Assembly: GCA_017499595.2 (NCBI GenBank)
Contig: CM038998.1
Span: 2,728,001-2,792,000, forward strand
Origin: Psilocybe cubensis
Lineage: Eukaryota
Reading direction: 5' to 3'
DNA length: 64,000 nucleotides
A program made the translations under genes and the position numbers. The notes below the pieces were generated by a model that made no database searches, had not been told where the DNA came from, and worked only from the letters and a program-made list of their open reading frames with translations. Shown in pieces: positions 11,759 through 24,900 of the stretch. Within the stretch, counting starts at the first letter, position 1; each line of letters opens with the position of its first letter.

Positions 11759-14700
11759 ATGTCCATCAACAGAAAGAATCGATACCCACAGGGCCCTCGG
11801 CATGTCTCTGGTGCGTCACTAGACACCAATGCCTCTGGTATTGCAGAGAGCACCATTAGTCTTGGTCTATCCAGGTTCCCAGAGCCCCCTTCCTCCATTC
11901 CATCAACTCCCTTGCGCACAAATTTTGAAGCTGCTTCACCCAGCAGAATAGCATTTGGCTCCCCCTCCCTTTCTCCCATATCTCCTTTGCGCAGAGCCCC
12001 TCCACCCCCACCACCTCCGCGAGTCCCCGTCATTCCTTCAACCGACCCTAGTCCTTCATTAGATCCTATAACTGCGTCATCATCACATCCCGTATCCCTT
12101 GCTTCACAACCGGCCTCGTCCAGTGCGTCCGCAGTGGACTGGAATGACGGTGCATCTAGCATTGGCCTTGACGCCGCAGAAGACCGACTGTTGCCTACAT
12201 CATTCATCACTTCTCTCTTGCAGGAGAACAAGGAACTGAGAAAGAATAAGCGATCCTCTTACTCCAGTGATGCGTTCAGTGGGATCTCAGAAATGACATA
12301 TCCTCCTATCGTGAACCGGCCAGAAAGTAGCAATAGCCGTTATGTGTCTGGCAAACCGGGGCCAAATCAAAGACTCTTGGACAGCCGATCACCTCCTCCT
12401 AGTTCTTTTCCTCGACCGTCCAAGGCCTCAACAAAGTCGTCAAACCGGCAGTCTGATGGCTCGGACACCCTTCATTCAATCCAAGGCTATCCGTCTATCG
12501 GAAAGGTTGTCAACGGAAATACCTCTGGAGGTATGTATGGTCCCGCGCCACCCTACAGTAAATCGGCATCAAGTCAATTATCGGCAGGAAGTATGGGAAG
12601 CGTTGAGAAGGGATATCAAAACAAGCTATCCACGGCTTATGAAGGCGACGAACAGATTCTGGAGTACGCGAAGGCGCATGATTGGCCAGTCCTAACGGAG
12701 GCACAACGACGATCTGCTAGAGATGACACCTCTAAGGATCCTCTTGCTCGAGATTCCGTACATTCACTGAAAAGCATGGCGCCGTCATTTATGTCAAAGA
12801 TATCCGGTATTTCTTTGCGACACATCCTCCCTTGGAGAAGAGTTAAACCACTACCGCCTGTCCCTCTCATACCCAACATGACTCTTGCTGCCCAAAATGC
12901 TCAAAGAAAAGAAGAAGAGACTGCCCCCCTTCCAGACCTCGTCAATCGCGCAGATATTCTTCGTGAAATGTTGGACAACGGGCACCGTCCGTATGACAGC
13001 TCCCATAATAGTGTCTATCAGAGTCTACCTAATCCTGCCGCTATGCGGTATGATCAATATGAAGCCGAGGCCAGAAGACTTGGGTTCCAAGGCGGTAGCG
13101 TTCAAACGACTTCCATTCACGTAGACCCATCGCCTACAGTTGGCCGCCGGCGTACTAGTGCCCTTGCATTTGCCTCAACCAAGAAGAAGCGGATGTATTT
13201 CATTATTTCTGTTGTCCTGATCGCTATCCTTGCTGCAATTGGCACAGGTGTCGGTATCTCAATAGGGAAAAAGAAATCATCTCAACCTAGTTGTACGGGT
13301 AATTTTGTTGGTACTGGGTGTACGTTGGGTACGTATGCATATTTCCATGTTAGTTTAGTTTTTACTAATCCAACACAGATGCCACTTGCGTTTGCACCTC
13401 GACAAGTGGATGCAATGGGCTAGCTCAAGCACTTATAGATTTGATACCTATCGTCAATCAACAGCTTCAGGCCAACTTCACCGCATCCTCTGTTTATTCT
13501 AATATCTGGATGATGCAGGGCAGTCCGACAACTAACAATTGTGCTTCTCAGGCTATTTTGGTTGACGTTGGCAAAGGTCTCGACCAGGTCATGTTTCCGA
13601 ATCGTACGCAATGGGCCCGAGCTGCTATGATGTGGAATGCCGTACAGACTCAGGATATGGATTCAGCGCAGAAAATGACACAGTTTGTTCAATCACGTCC
13701 GTGGAATGATATCTCCAGCAGCGATGGTCCGACAGCCAATTCTGGAGGCGCGTTTTCAGCAACTTTATCTGGTTATAATTATGATTTTGCTGCACAAACT
13801 GTTACTCAACCATCTGGATCGTTTGCTGCCCTTAGTCAAGCTTCTAAGGCTCAAATATCAAGGGTCAGCTCAACCGCCCAGGCTGCCTTGGATCGGATGT
13901 ACTCTATCGCTCAAGGTACGTTTATTTGTGGTTGGATATGGATTCAATTATTGATACCTATTACACAGCATCATCTATTCAACAACAAACTGCTTTGAAG
14001 AAATATTGGACTAGCGTTCTGCTCCAAAGGGCTTCCGATCTTCCTACCTTCAAAAGTGCTTTTAGTGTTGCACCAATTCTGCTGCCTTTTAATGCTTCAG
14101 CACCTTCAATACGGAATCTCTATTCTTCGTCACCTTCATCACTGTTCCCACCTCCCTTGTCCTGCTACCCTGGACTAAGTAGTTCTGCCCTCCAGCAGAT
14201 TAACTCCGTCGAAACCTCTGTTTTCGGCTTGCAAGCAGCGTCAAGCGCCTCTCAATTTGATTCGGCATGCTATCCTGATCGTCCTATATATGGAGTCCTT
14301 GACGTCCTGCGTCTAAGGTTGCCATTTCTGGATACGCGATCAGGAGTTGTCCGAGAGGCAGCGGTGCTTACGCGAGATGCTACCTCGAGGGCGGTTATTT
14401 ACAAAGGAGAACTTTTGAGCACTCTGCTCAGCGGTTCGTCTAGTAATACTGCTCCGTTTACGCCTGCTCAATTGGACCCGCGTCAATTTGGAACCATTAG
14501 CTTGGCAGACCATGTCATTCTCCAATATCTTTCGTCTATTCCAGATATCACCATAACCAACGCTCTCGTGAGGTTTATCCTCGATACTGCGACAAAACCC
14601 CCTGCACCACCTGATATCTCATCTTCATTATATCAGTCGCTGCAATCAATCCCAGCGCTAGAAGTTGCTATATTTGGTCAGGTTCCTCCTTCTGACCTCA

Positions 14701-14984
14701 CTTCAACCGTGGCACCTTTCACAAACCCCTCCGGCTCTTTCTTTTTCGGGTCTGATGATGCATCTGCTCTGAGAAACTGGACTATTAATACCGTTAGTGG
14801 GTCTGTTGTTTGGACCCAAAATGCAACATCACCACTTATCGTCCGTGATAAGTCCTTGAGCAACACCACCATTACTCAAACCTGGAACGCCATTTCTCTT
14901 GCTATTACTCATAACATACCAAATATCGGACTCGCCAACATCACTACAACATTTACCAACACGGGAGATTTCTCTATATCATAG
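11759..14984 (+). CDS. Hypothetical single-pass (probably type II) membrane protein
   Basis: Three long exons joined by GT-AG introns at ~13328-13378 and ~13916-13968. Ser/Pro-rich N-terminus, KKKR followed by TM MYFIISVVLIAILAAIGTGVGISIG, Cys cluster CTGNFVGTGCTLDATCVCTSTSGC, several N-x-S/T sites downstream. Confidence 0.85.
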
Positions 14985-15351
14985 TTTTCATGGAATTTTC
15001 TGCCTTGCTTTCGTTGACATTTTTTCTTATTGTTTCACACATTGCTGGTTTCTATGATTGTGTGTTATTGTGATTTTAGCTTGCTTGGAATTATGCATTT
15101 GATTTATATGGTTATTTACTTGAGCATGTACCTATATCCATCCAGGGTAAATACGAGAATGATGGAGCTAGGAGCACATAGAGCACGTGAAGGGCCCCGG
15201 TTGTCTTCTCTCACCGCAGGCGCTCACTTTGAGTTGCAAAGGGTCAAGCTGACAGAATGATCCCACCTTCTGCCTGTCACCTCTGCCAGAAGCTCTAATT
15301 GTGCACATCCATCGCGTTCATCTTGAACTCAGACAAGTCCACACTTCCAGA

Positions 15352-18300
15352 ATGCCGCGAGTGCCTCAACCGTCCACCAATGCGGCTCGGGCATCGTCTG
15401 CCTTAGTCACGAGTCCGCACCCAAATGTGCTGAAGAGAAATCAGGTTAGTTTTGTTGTGCTACATATCGCATACGGGGAGCGAAACAATAACTTTGTTGA
15501 TTGAACAGGCTTGTCATCAGGTAGGATAATTGAACGCTATCGCAATGCCACCATAGACCTCTGACTGTTCGGGTATCCTATAAGTGCCGTCGAAGAAAGC
15601 TGGTAAGTGTTGCATCGACTCCACGGTATATGTTTCCTCTAACTGATCACCTTAGAAATGGTACATTTATACCGTCTTTGTGGATTACAGAAGTCTCATA
15701 TCTCGTAACATTAGTGATGCCAAACGACCTTGCTCTACCTGTGTGCGTTCGCATACCCATGCGCTATCACATGCGCCTCCAGGAATGACTATGCCTCCGA
15801 ACCCGGAATGCACATTCGATGATGGTGCGACACTACTTTGGGTTCCTGGAATCTTCCTCTAACGATATGTTATCTCAGTCGCGGAAGTCAGCGCAACGGT
15901 CACTGAAGGGCCAAAGAATAGATATGAACGATTAGAGAACAGAATTAGTGAGCACCGAATTGTTGTAACAAAGCTTGTTCATCTAAGTGAAGTCTAGATG
16001 AGCTAGAAATGCTCTTACGGCAAAAAGAAAGTGGATCTCAATCTCCTTCCAACTCTAATCCCATCTTCTTCCCTGAAGATAACGCAGGTTCCCTTTTGTC
16101 AGGTTTGATGTTCACCTTTCTGTCTTACTATATACTCTGTTTCACCTTGGTTGTGCAGGATCACCGCCAAATGGTCACCAGCCTCACCTTTCTCACAAAA
16201 TGGACCCCGAATTATCACCTATCAGTCATCTCTCTCAATCTCCCCCCCAGCTTTCTAGAATAGCCGCTACCTCTTTCTCGCATTCCAATGATACTACGTC
16301 ATATCGTTCCGATGTTATGTGGCCCAACTGGCCACCATCTCTGCCAGAACCAGAACTATTGAGGCACCTGTGAGTTTTATCATTTGAAGTCCACACTATC
16401 CCATTTCATTGCCTTCTAGCATCGACGTGTTTTTCGTCTTTCACCCACACGCTGGTCGCATGTTTCATCCTCCGACTTTTATGCATTCCATTTCGTTGCC
16501 TCCGAATCACCCTAAATTTCCATCGCTTCCTGTATTACATGCCATATGTGCTATCGGAAGTCTCTACACAGCTGCAGTAACTTCACCACCGCTCCCGAAT
16601 TTTGATGAAATTTCTCCAGGTATGATGGTTTACGTGGCTATATGAAATATTCATTATTGAAATTTATCATAGATGAAATATTCTTGGAAAAGTTGAGAGT
16701 GAAAGATCCTCGACCTGATTCATTTGCAGAGAAACATGCCCGCTTGGCAAAAGAAAGTGCAGAACGGCTCAATACTCTGGGACAGGACCTTTTTCAAGTT
16801 CTGCAAGGTAGGGACTGTATTTCAATTTGGCAATGTGTTGCTGACTTCTCTGACATTAAGCCAATATCATATTGACATGGTTCTACTGGTCTCATGGAAG
16901 GTAAGCAGCTGGTGGTGATTAGATGTATCTGATGATTTAACGACCATTTTTTGCCTAGATGGGTCGATGTATGTCTTTAGACACCGTAGATTTTTTTATG
17001 AATTGTACTTATATCTTGTTCAGATATTCGTGGCTTCGGGACATTCAATGCGTCTAGCTGTGCCCCTTGGTCTAAATATGTGTCCGCCTTTCCATTCTAT
17101 TGGAAAGGCAGAGAGGCCGCCATCTATTTTGCCCCCGGCTCGTACAGTTATCGAAGATGAAACAAGAAGGAATACATTTTGGCTGGCGTATGCTGCAGAA
17201 CGCCAACATGGCCTGGGTAATGGCTGGGCTCTCAGCCTTGATAACCAGGATGTTTCCCAATTACTTCCTGTCAGAGGAGATCAATTCTTACAAGGGGTAT
17301 GCTTTCCGATTACTATATTACTGCTATCGTGACAATCTAATAACTTGTTGTAGGTCCTAGTGCAGCCTGTTGATCGGCAGTGGGCACAGTCAAGAGACGT
17401 ACTCCTGACACATCCAGAAAACCAGACAGATTCATTCATTCTGTATATAAAAGGAACAATATTGATAGGTAAGAGATATAGTTTTACATTCTGATAATAC
17501 TCGATTTAATCCAGAATGATCAGCTTTGGTGAAGGCATTTAACCTCAGATTCAGATCAAAGCACTTCTCCGGTGATCCGTCGGTTGTGTCAGTGTACAAT
17601 GAAGATCCATCAGCCGCTGATGAACCTGTTGACCCGCGAAGCTCAGCGGCCTTCATTGAACTCGATCACATTGTTTCTTCCTTCCGCGCGTCTTTCCCAA
17701 GTCATCTTCGAAATCCGATACGCGACAACCTTGTGGACAATCATCTCTATACTGCATGTCTAATGCCTCACGTGTATGTAATTATCCATAAAGAAAAGGA
17801 ATAATGATATTGACACTGTTATATCTAGGCTTACCATAGTTCTTCATGATCCACACGCCGACGTTCGCAAGTCTGGTTGTATATCAGCTCTCAAAATTCT
17901 TACAGCTGCCAGAGCTATTTTGGATCTGATATACAATGTATGGTCAACAAGTTATGACATTACTCTTTTGGATTCGTTTTGCACCGTAAGCTTGTTTCCT
18001 AATCATTTAATTTGTTGCTATTTAGTTAATTTTCTATAATCAGTTTTGCTGGTTTGTAGGTGGTCGGGTGCTCGTTAGGTTTCTGCAAGTGGCAATGGAT
18101 GCCAACAGTGCCGACCAAATTTCTACTTTGCGATCAGAAGTTGAATTCATACAGTATGTTCTGATCCTATTTCCCAAGTTCTGATATTGAGGGCCTGTAC
18201 TTTTTTCAGCTTGGCTATATCCAAAGTTGGAGAGCGAATACCTATGGCATACCGATTTTCGAAAATGTTGGAGAGTGTAATAATCAAGCACTGCGGGTCT

Positions 18301-18453
18301 GCACCAAGGGCACAAGCAGATTGTAACTTGCCTCGGGCACTAGAACCCCACATGCTTCAAAGTTTATTCCAAGAAATTTGCCCTACCCCAGAAGATAATA
18401 TTAACTTGACTGAAGCTCTTCATGACCCTGGGTCGTTCTTGACGTCCACATAA
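15352..18453 (+). CDS. Zn(II)2Cys6 fungal transcription factor with fungal-specific TF domain (paralogue 1)
   Basis: Spliced LKRNQ|ACHQ|CRRRKL|KC|DAKRPCSTCVRS...PECTFD; middle-homology motifs LHAICA, RRNTFWLAY, TDSFILYIK. Confidence 0.92.
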
Positions 18454-18692
18454 ACTTTCCTCTGCTACGATACCATTTCTGTTCTTTATTTGATTTTGCT
18501 TTGATTAGTCTGTATATTTAAATACCATCAATTGTATATTCTTTGGGTTTCACCTCGATCCTTGTTGTGCGCTATTTGCCACAACTCCATATTGTAAAAG
18601 TAACGGAAGCTGGAATACTTACATTAAATGTGACCCGATGCGCGGAGAAGTCAACCCGACTCATAGCGAGCGTTTAGCCTCACACTTCCACG

Positions 18693-19801
18693 ATGAGCAG
18701 CAGCAACCTTAACGTAGCCGTTTTAGGCCCACTGGGCACATATACACACGAAGTATGTCATTTGTCAACGTCTCTGTGAATCCGGCACTGAGCATTTCCC
18801 AAGGCGGCCTTCAAGGTCTTTGGGAATGAAGTCGCGTATGAAGAACGTGACACAATTGCTGGTGAGATAGTTCTCGGTGCCCTCAACATACCTTGAGAGT
18901 CAAGCTTTTTACGCCTGTTTAATCTAAGGTGTGTTCGAATGCCTTGATCCGCAGCTCCCACTGGGAGTGATTCCCCAGGAAAACTCTATATTCGGACCCG
19001 TTGTCGAAACATACGATCTTCTGAGAACATCCGAGCAGAGCTATGTTCGAGGAGAAATAACCCTCAAAGTCGAGCATTGTTTAGTGGTAAAGAGAGGTGT
19101 TAGACTAGATCAGATACGAAAAATTATGAGCCATGAACAGGTGAGTCAGGTCTCACTTGTCAGAAGTGCACTGTTAAGCTTCTCCTGCAGGCCTTAGGCC
19201 AATGTCGTGATTTCATTGCACGAAAGTTGCCTATGGTTGAAACTGTTAAGACTCCATCCACGGCTGCAGCTGCCAAAGCACTGTTAGACAACCCACCTGA
19301 CTGTGCAGCGATCTGCTCCAGTATATGTGCCACTTTATTCGATGGGTTGGAAATTCTCTTCAATGGCATTCAGAATGAACGATGTACGTGGATGTACAAT
19401 GACCATTTTTTCCTAACCAATTGACCGGAACAACAGCAAATTTCACTCGCTTTTTCATAATTGCATACTCGCAATTCACAGAACTACCCCCGGTCATGAC
19501 ATCAAACCGACACTTCAAGGGTTTAATCCGCATGTCAGTTCCACCTCCTCAAGCCGTTGAACCGGAATCCAATAGAGCTCGGGGTGTTGTGGAGTACCTG
19601 AAGTTACTAGACGCTTTCACAACGCGTATAGACAGGCGTCCGGCTTTGGACACGACACCTTTCAGCAGTATATACTTTATTGAAGTGCAAGGAAATAAGG
19701 CGAACGGGACAACTTTCAACTCTTGGGCTCTTGAGTTAGAACAAGTGACATCAAGGATAAATTGTGCTGGTGGTGACGCTTCGTTATTGGGTGTGTGGTG
19801 A
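18693..19801 (+). CDS. PHA2: Prephenate dehydratase
   Basis: VAVLGPLGTYTHE, IPQENSIFGPV, SHEQALGQC, STAAAA, NFTRF motif and C-terminal LLGVW. Confidence 0.9.
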
Positions 19802-21636
19802 TCAAAATGTTGATGCTGTAGATGTATTCAAGTAGAGTGTGTTCCATTGTTCTTAATCTAACTCATGATTTTTACCCCTCGAGTGTTGACTATGCTTAAA
19901 TTTTCTCTGTGCCCTGTAAAGTACAAATACCACGGAATTGTAACTTAAACTACCACCTCTACCTACCATCCGCGCAGATTTAATGCATGACTTTACAAAC
20001 AACGGGATTCTGAACAATTACCGGCCGATTGTCAATAGGCATGTGTGCGGGTATACAAGTCAATATAAAATCGGACTGTATTACAATTTACAAACGAGTC
20101 ATAATGACAAAATTGTGTTTCCTGCTGTTACTTAGCTTAAACGTCCCCATGGCTCGTCTGAGGCGTTTCATTGGCAGAGGCGAATTCTCTTCTGTGGTGA
20201 ACAGTATCTGAGAAGAAATATGGCTATGGCATCAGGAATTAATAGAGAAGGACGAGTAAAGCAACTTACATCCAACCTCATTGTCAGGGAAAGGTCCATA
20301 GAATCGAGTGCGATCTTGGGGAAATATATACCTTAAGGATGTATAACAATCAGGATTCCTATTGAACATACCATATCGGTATAACGGCATTCCTGTTCGA
20401 AGCCTTTCGACGAGATCAGCATTGGACGTAAAATATCGTCCAAATGCAATGGCATCATGATCGCCCTGTGTCATAGAGATGACCATGAGGAAGGCAATTT
20501 GGATGTAAAACAGTAACCTCACTCGTTCTATACCCTCCCAGCAATTACTTGGATTGTATCCACCAGCAACCATGCACGGTGTCGTACCAAGTGCCTGTCG
20601 AAAGGGATATAAAGTTAACTGCTCCGGAGTAAATTCGGGTCCATGCTTTTTGTCATTTGTTGTGGACGCCAATGCCCGTAGTTTATCTTGCTCTGAACGG
20701 ACTTCATCGAAGCCTTTACCATGACATGTAAGTGAGAAAAAGAAAAATGGGAGAGGGAAAAAATTGTACGTGGTTCAATAAGATGTACGTATGCTAAACC
20801 CATTGTGGACAGTTCTTTGCATAAATAGGTCCATTGGTAGAGTCGCTGGGTACCACGGGTTTGATTGAAAAAGCCAAATGGACTGAAAACAGCGGAAACA
20901 AACGGTGATTAGTACTAATCTCAACAATCGAGGTTCCTGAGCAACACTAACGAAAGGCGAACAGCGACTTTATCAAAGCCAATAGCAATCCCAATATCTG
21001 TAGTCAGCTCAAGCAGGAAGCGACAACGGTTCTCTGGGGAGCCACCGTACGAATCTGTGCGATGGTTGATATTGCTGTGAAGAAATTGTTCTGGTAGGTA
21101 TCTTTAATCGGAGATTATTAGAAGTTATGAATTTATTCCGAAGTAATCGACTGACCCATTAGCTGCATGTATCTCAATGCCGTCAAAGCCGGCTGCTCGA
21201 GCAGCCTTCGCGGCGTGGACGTACTCGAGCTTGACTTTGTTGATGTCGTCTTGAGTCATTGCTTTTGGTGTTTCCCAATCTATAACCTTGTTAAATTTGG
21301 TGTCGGTGATGGGAACTGCAGAAGATGATATGGTGTGAATTCCCGTGCGCAGTGAGTGCGTATTCCGCCCCTGATGCCATACTAGCGATGAGATATCAAT
21401 AACAACGATCAGAGGTTTGAGTGCTGATTTTGAAAGCAGCTTACACTGCATGACGAACAAGCCACCTTTCTGGTGGACCGCATCCACGACCTTCTTCCAT
21501 CCCAACTGTTGCTCATCAGTAAATATACCTGGAACCCCATCCACACCGGAAGCCTGGATGCTTGTCGGTCTGACGGAAGTTTGGACAACTTAGCTAGAAT
21601 GTTAGACTGATAATATGAATAAACATACGTGGCTTC

Positions 21637-21817
21637 TGTTGGAATGATAGTCGGCGAGCGACTTGGTCGCTAAGTCGTTATCTTCCTCTTGTAGTTTATC
21701 TTATCATATTTTTTCTAGATTATTCTACTATAGGTTCCGTAGTTACTGTAGGTACAACCGTGTAGCTACGTCGTGAATCTACATCTTTTACCACCACTGC
21801 GCATTATACTTACAACA
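21637..21817 (+). repeat. 5' LTR (181 bp)
   Basis: No differences from the 3' LTR found by eye; TGTTG/CAACA terminal inverted ends. Confidence 0.98.
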
Positions 21818-21829
21818 GGTTATGGGCCC
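21818..21829 (+). promoter_or_regulatory. Primer-binding site GGTTATGGGCCC (initiator tRNA-Met half-molecule type)
   Basis: Immediately follows the LTR CA; same type as the Drosophila copia and yeast Ty5 PBS. Confidence 0.85.
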
Positions 21830-21912
21830 CGAGAGGTCATAACTAAAGCTCGCTTTGTTCTAAACTCGTTCTATTCTTATCGATCTATATCTAAACTTGT
21901 ACTCGACGTCAA

Positions 21913-24900
21913 ATGGCTGACTCGACAACCGCGGAAGTCAACATCGGCGGATATCGCATCGACACACTGAAGGCCCACAATTGGATGCCGTGGAAGCGGC
22001 GCATGCTAGCAGTACTGGTGGACCTCGGACTGGAGAAATACGTGGACGGCACGTCGCTTCGACCAGGATCAGCGAAACCGAACGCACCCACGGCGGAAGA
22101 AATCGCAGCTCAGACAGCGTGGGATAAGGGAGATGCGAAAGCGCGATGCAGGATCGAACTCGCGTTAAGCGATGCGGAGATGGTACACGTCCTGGGAGCG
22201 CGCACGGCGCGCGAGATGTGGACGCAGTTGTGCACAGTGAAGGAATCCAAGGGACGACTCGGTGTTTTGGCGACACGACGAGCACTTTTCCGGGCAACCG
22301 CAGAGGAGGGATGCGACATGGCAGAGCATATCGCAAAGCTACGTCAATTCCAGGAGGAGCTGCACATCATGGGCAGCATTGTATCGGACGAAGATTTCGT
22401 CATGATTTTGCTCACCTCGTTGCCGGAATCTTGGGAGAATTATGCGTCATCCTTTTTGGGCTCGAGCGGGAATCGTCCTACGCTCACTTCGCAAGAGCTC
22501 GTTGGTGTTCTCCTTGAAGAAGCTCGTCGTCGGAAGGAGCGTGGAGGTGATGGTGCCGGAGGGACTACGCTTCAAGTTCGTGGAGGTCAAGGGTCGTCGG
22601 ATGGAAAGGGTAATGGTTCGAGGGATGGCAGCGGCGGGAAGGAGTGCTATAATTGCCACAAGATGGGGCACATTTCGAAGGATTGCTGGGCGAAGGGCGG
22701 AGGTCGTGAAGGAAAGGGTCCGAGGGGGCGGAAGACGAAGAATAGAGGGCGGACGAATCAGGCTCGGGAGGACGTCAACACTACGCTCAACGATGAGGTT
22801 GCGTACCACACGTACTCGACGTCAAACTTCTCTCGTTACGACTGGCTTTACGATTCTGCAACCACCAGTCACGTTTGTCCCGTCCGTGAAGCCTTCATCG
22901 AGTATACGCCACTCGTTAATTCCTCCGTTCGTGGTGTCGGAAAGAGTCCAGCTATCATTGCAGGCCGCGGAACAGTCATCCTCAACTTCGATGTCGACGG
23001 GCAGACGATTACTCATCGTTTGAAAGACGTTTTACACATCCCTGAAGCCGAAAATGCTTTGATGTCGCTCGGAAGGTTTGAGAGGGATGGGAGGAGCTCG
23101 TCGTTTAAGAATGGGAAGGTTCTTTTGATGGATGCGAAGGATAAGGTTATTGGAAAAGGGTCGAAACGCGGTCAGATGTATATTCTTCACGCTCGCGCTC
23201 AGCTTAATTCAGGGGAACAGGTCAACTACGTCTCGCCAAAACTCACCTGGGATCAATGGCATCGTCGTTTTGGCCATATCTCAGTGTCGTCGTTGCAGAA
23301 ACTCGTCCGGAACGATCTTGTCGTCGGTCTTTCCGTGGACGAAACGTCTATTCCATCCCCATCGTGCGAGGCGTGCATCCAAGCGAAGCAGACGCATAAA
23401 CCTTTCCCTGGAGAAGCAGAAAATCGATCCACGGTTCCTGGAGAGCGAACCATGAGCGACGTATGGGGTCCTATCGGAACACGCTCGGTAAATGGATTTT
23501 ATTACTACATTACGTTTATGGACGACGCGAAGCGATACAACGGCGTGGTTTTCTTGAAGGACAAGAAGGAGGCGGCGAAGGCGATTGAGAATCATGGGGA
23601 GCGAGTGAAGAGGAGGTTTGGGCAGTATCCGAGGTACATTCGCATGGACAATGGCAAGGAACTCGTGAACGAGCGGATTAAGAAGTGGGCGGCGGAGAGA
23701 GGCATTGAAATCGAGACGACGGCGCCATATTCCCCATCTCAGAACGGCGTCGCAGAGCGCTACAATCGTACGCTGTTGGAGCTAGCACGTGCGATGATTA
23801 TTGCGAAGAATTTACCTCTCTTTCTCTGGGACGAGGCGGTCAATTACGCGAATTATTTACGCAACCGCGCGCCTACTCGAGCACTCGACGACAAGACACC
23901 ATATGAAGGCTGGCACAACAAGAAACCGGATGTTTCTCACCTTCGGGAGTTCGGATGCGATGTATGGGTGTTAGACGAGACGAAGGGGCTTTCGAAGCTC
24001 AAGCCACGGTCGAAGAAGATGGTATTCGTTGGTTTTAACGAAGGCTCGAAGTCTGTGCGTTATTACGATCCCAAATCGCGCACAGTGAAGTCATCGCGAA
24101 ACGTATCGTTTAACGAAAACGAAACGCCGCAGAACGTCGAAATTCCTGGATTATCGTCTGAGGGGGAGCGTAACGAATCGACAGACGTTAAATCCAGCGA
24201 AAACGAGCCAGAAACCGTCAAGAACGAACCTATTTCGTCTACAGCATCGATTCCACAGCCCAGCATACGTCGATCAGCTCGTGAACACAATTTTGTTGAT
24301 TACAAGAAGGCAAACAACCCGAATGCTCGTTTACCGACTACACGATCCCAAACGACTCTAAACGCACCACAAATCGCTACAAAATCGACCGAGACCTCGA
24401 GCGCAAAGTCTACAGCAACGGAGCAAGCAAACATTGTCAAAGAACAGCTGTGGGGCGCGATTTTAGACGATTCGGAACGTGTCTTTGCCATGCGCGAATT
24501 GGACGTACCTCGGACACTTGAAGAAGCTTTGGAAAGCTGTGAGGCAGCTGCGTGGAAGGCAGCTATGGACGAAGAAATTGAGACGCTTTTACGGATGGGT
24601 ACTTGGGAGATGATGAAGATTCCGGATGGAAGGAAACTGGTTGGATGCCGTTGGGTCTACGCGAAGAAACGGGACGAAAACGGGAACGTCATCAAGTACA
24701 AGGCCCGACTAGTCGTTCAGGGATGCTCTCAGAGACCTGGTACAGACTACAGCGAGGACGGAACATTCGCACCAGTCATGCGATTCGACACGCTACGCTC
24801 GCTACTCGCATATTCGGCCGTACACAATCTCAAGATGCGTCAATTCGATATAAAGGGTGCATATTTGCATGGTTACATCTCGGAGGAGATATATATGGTC

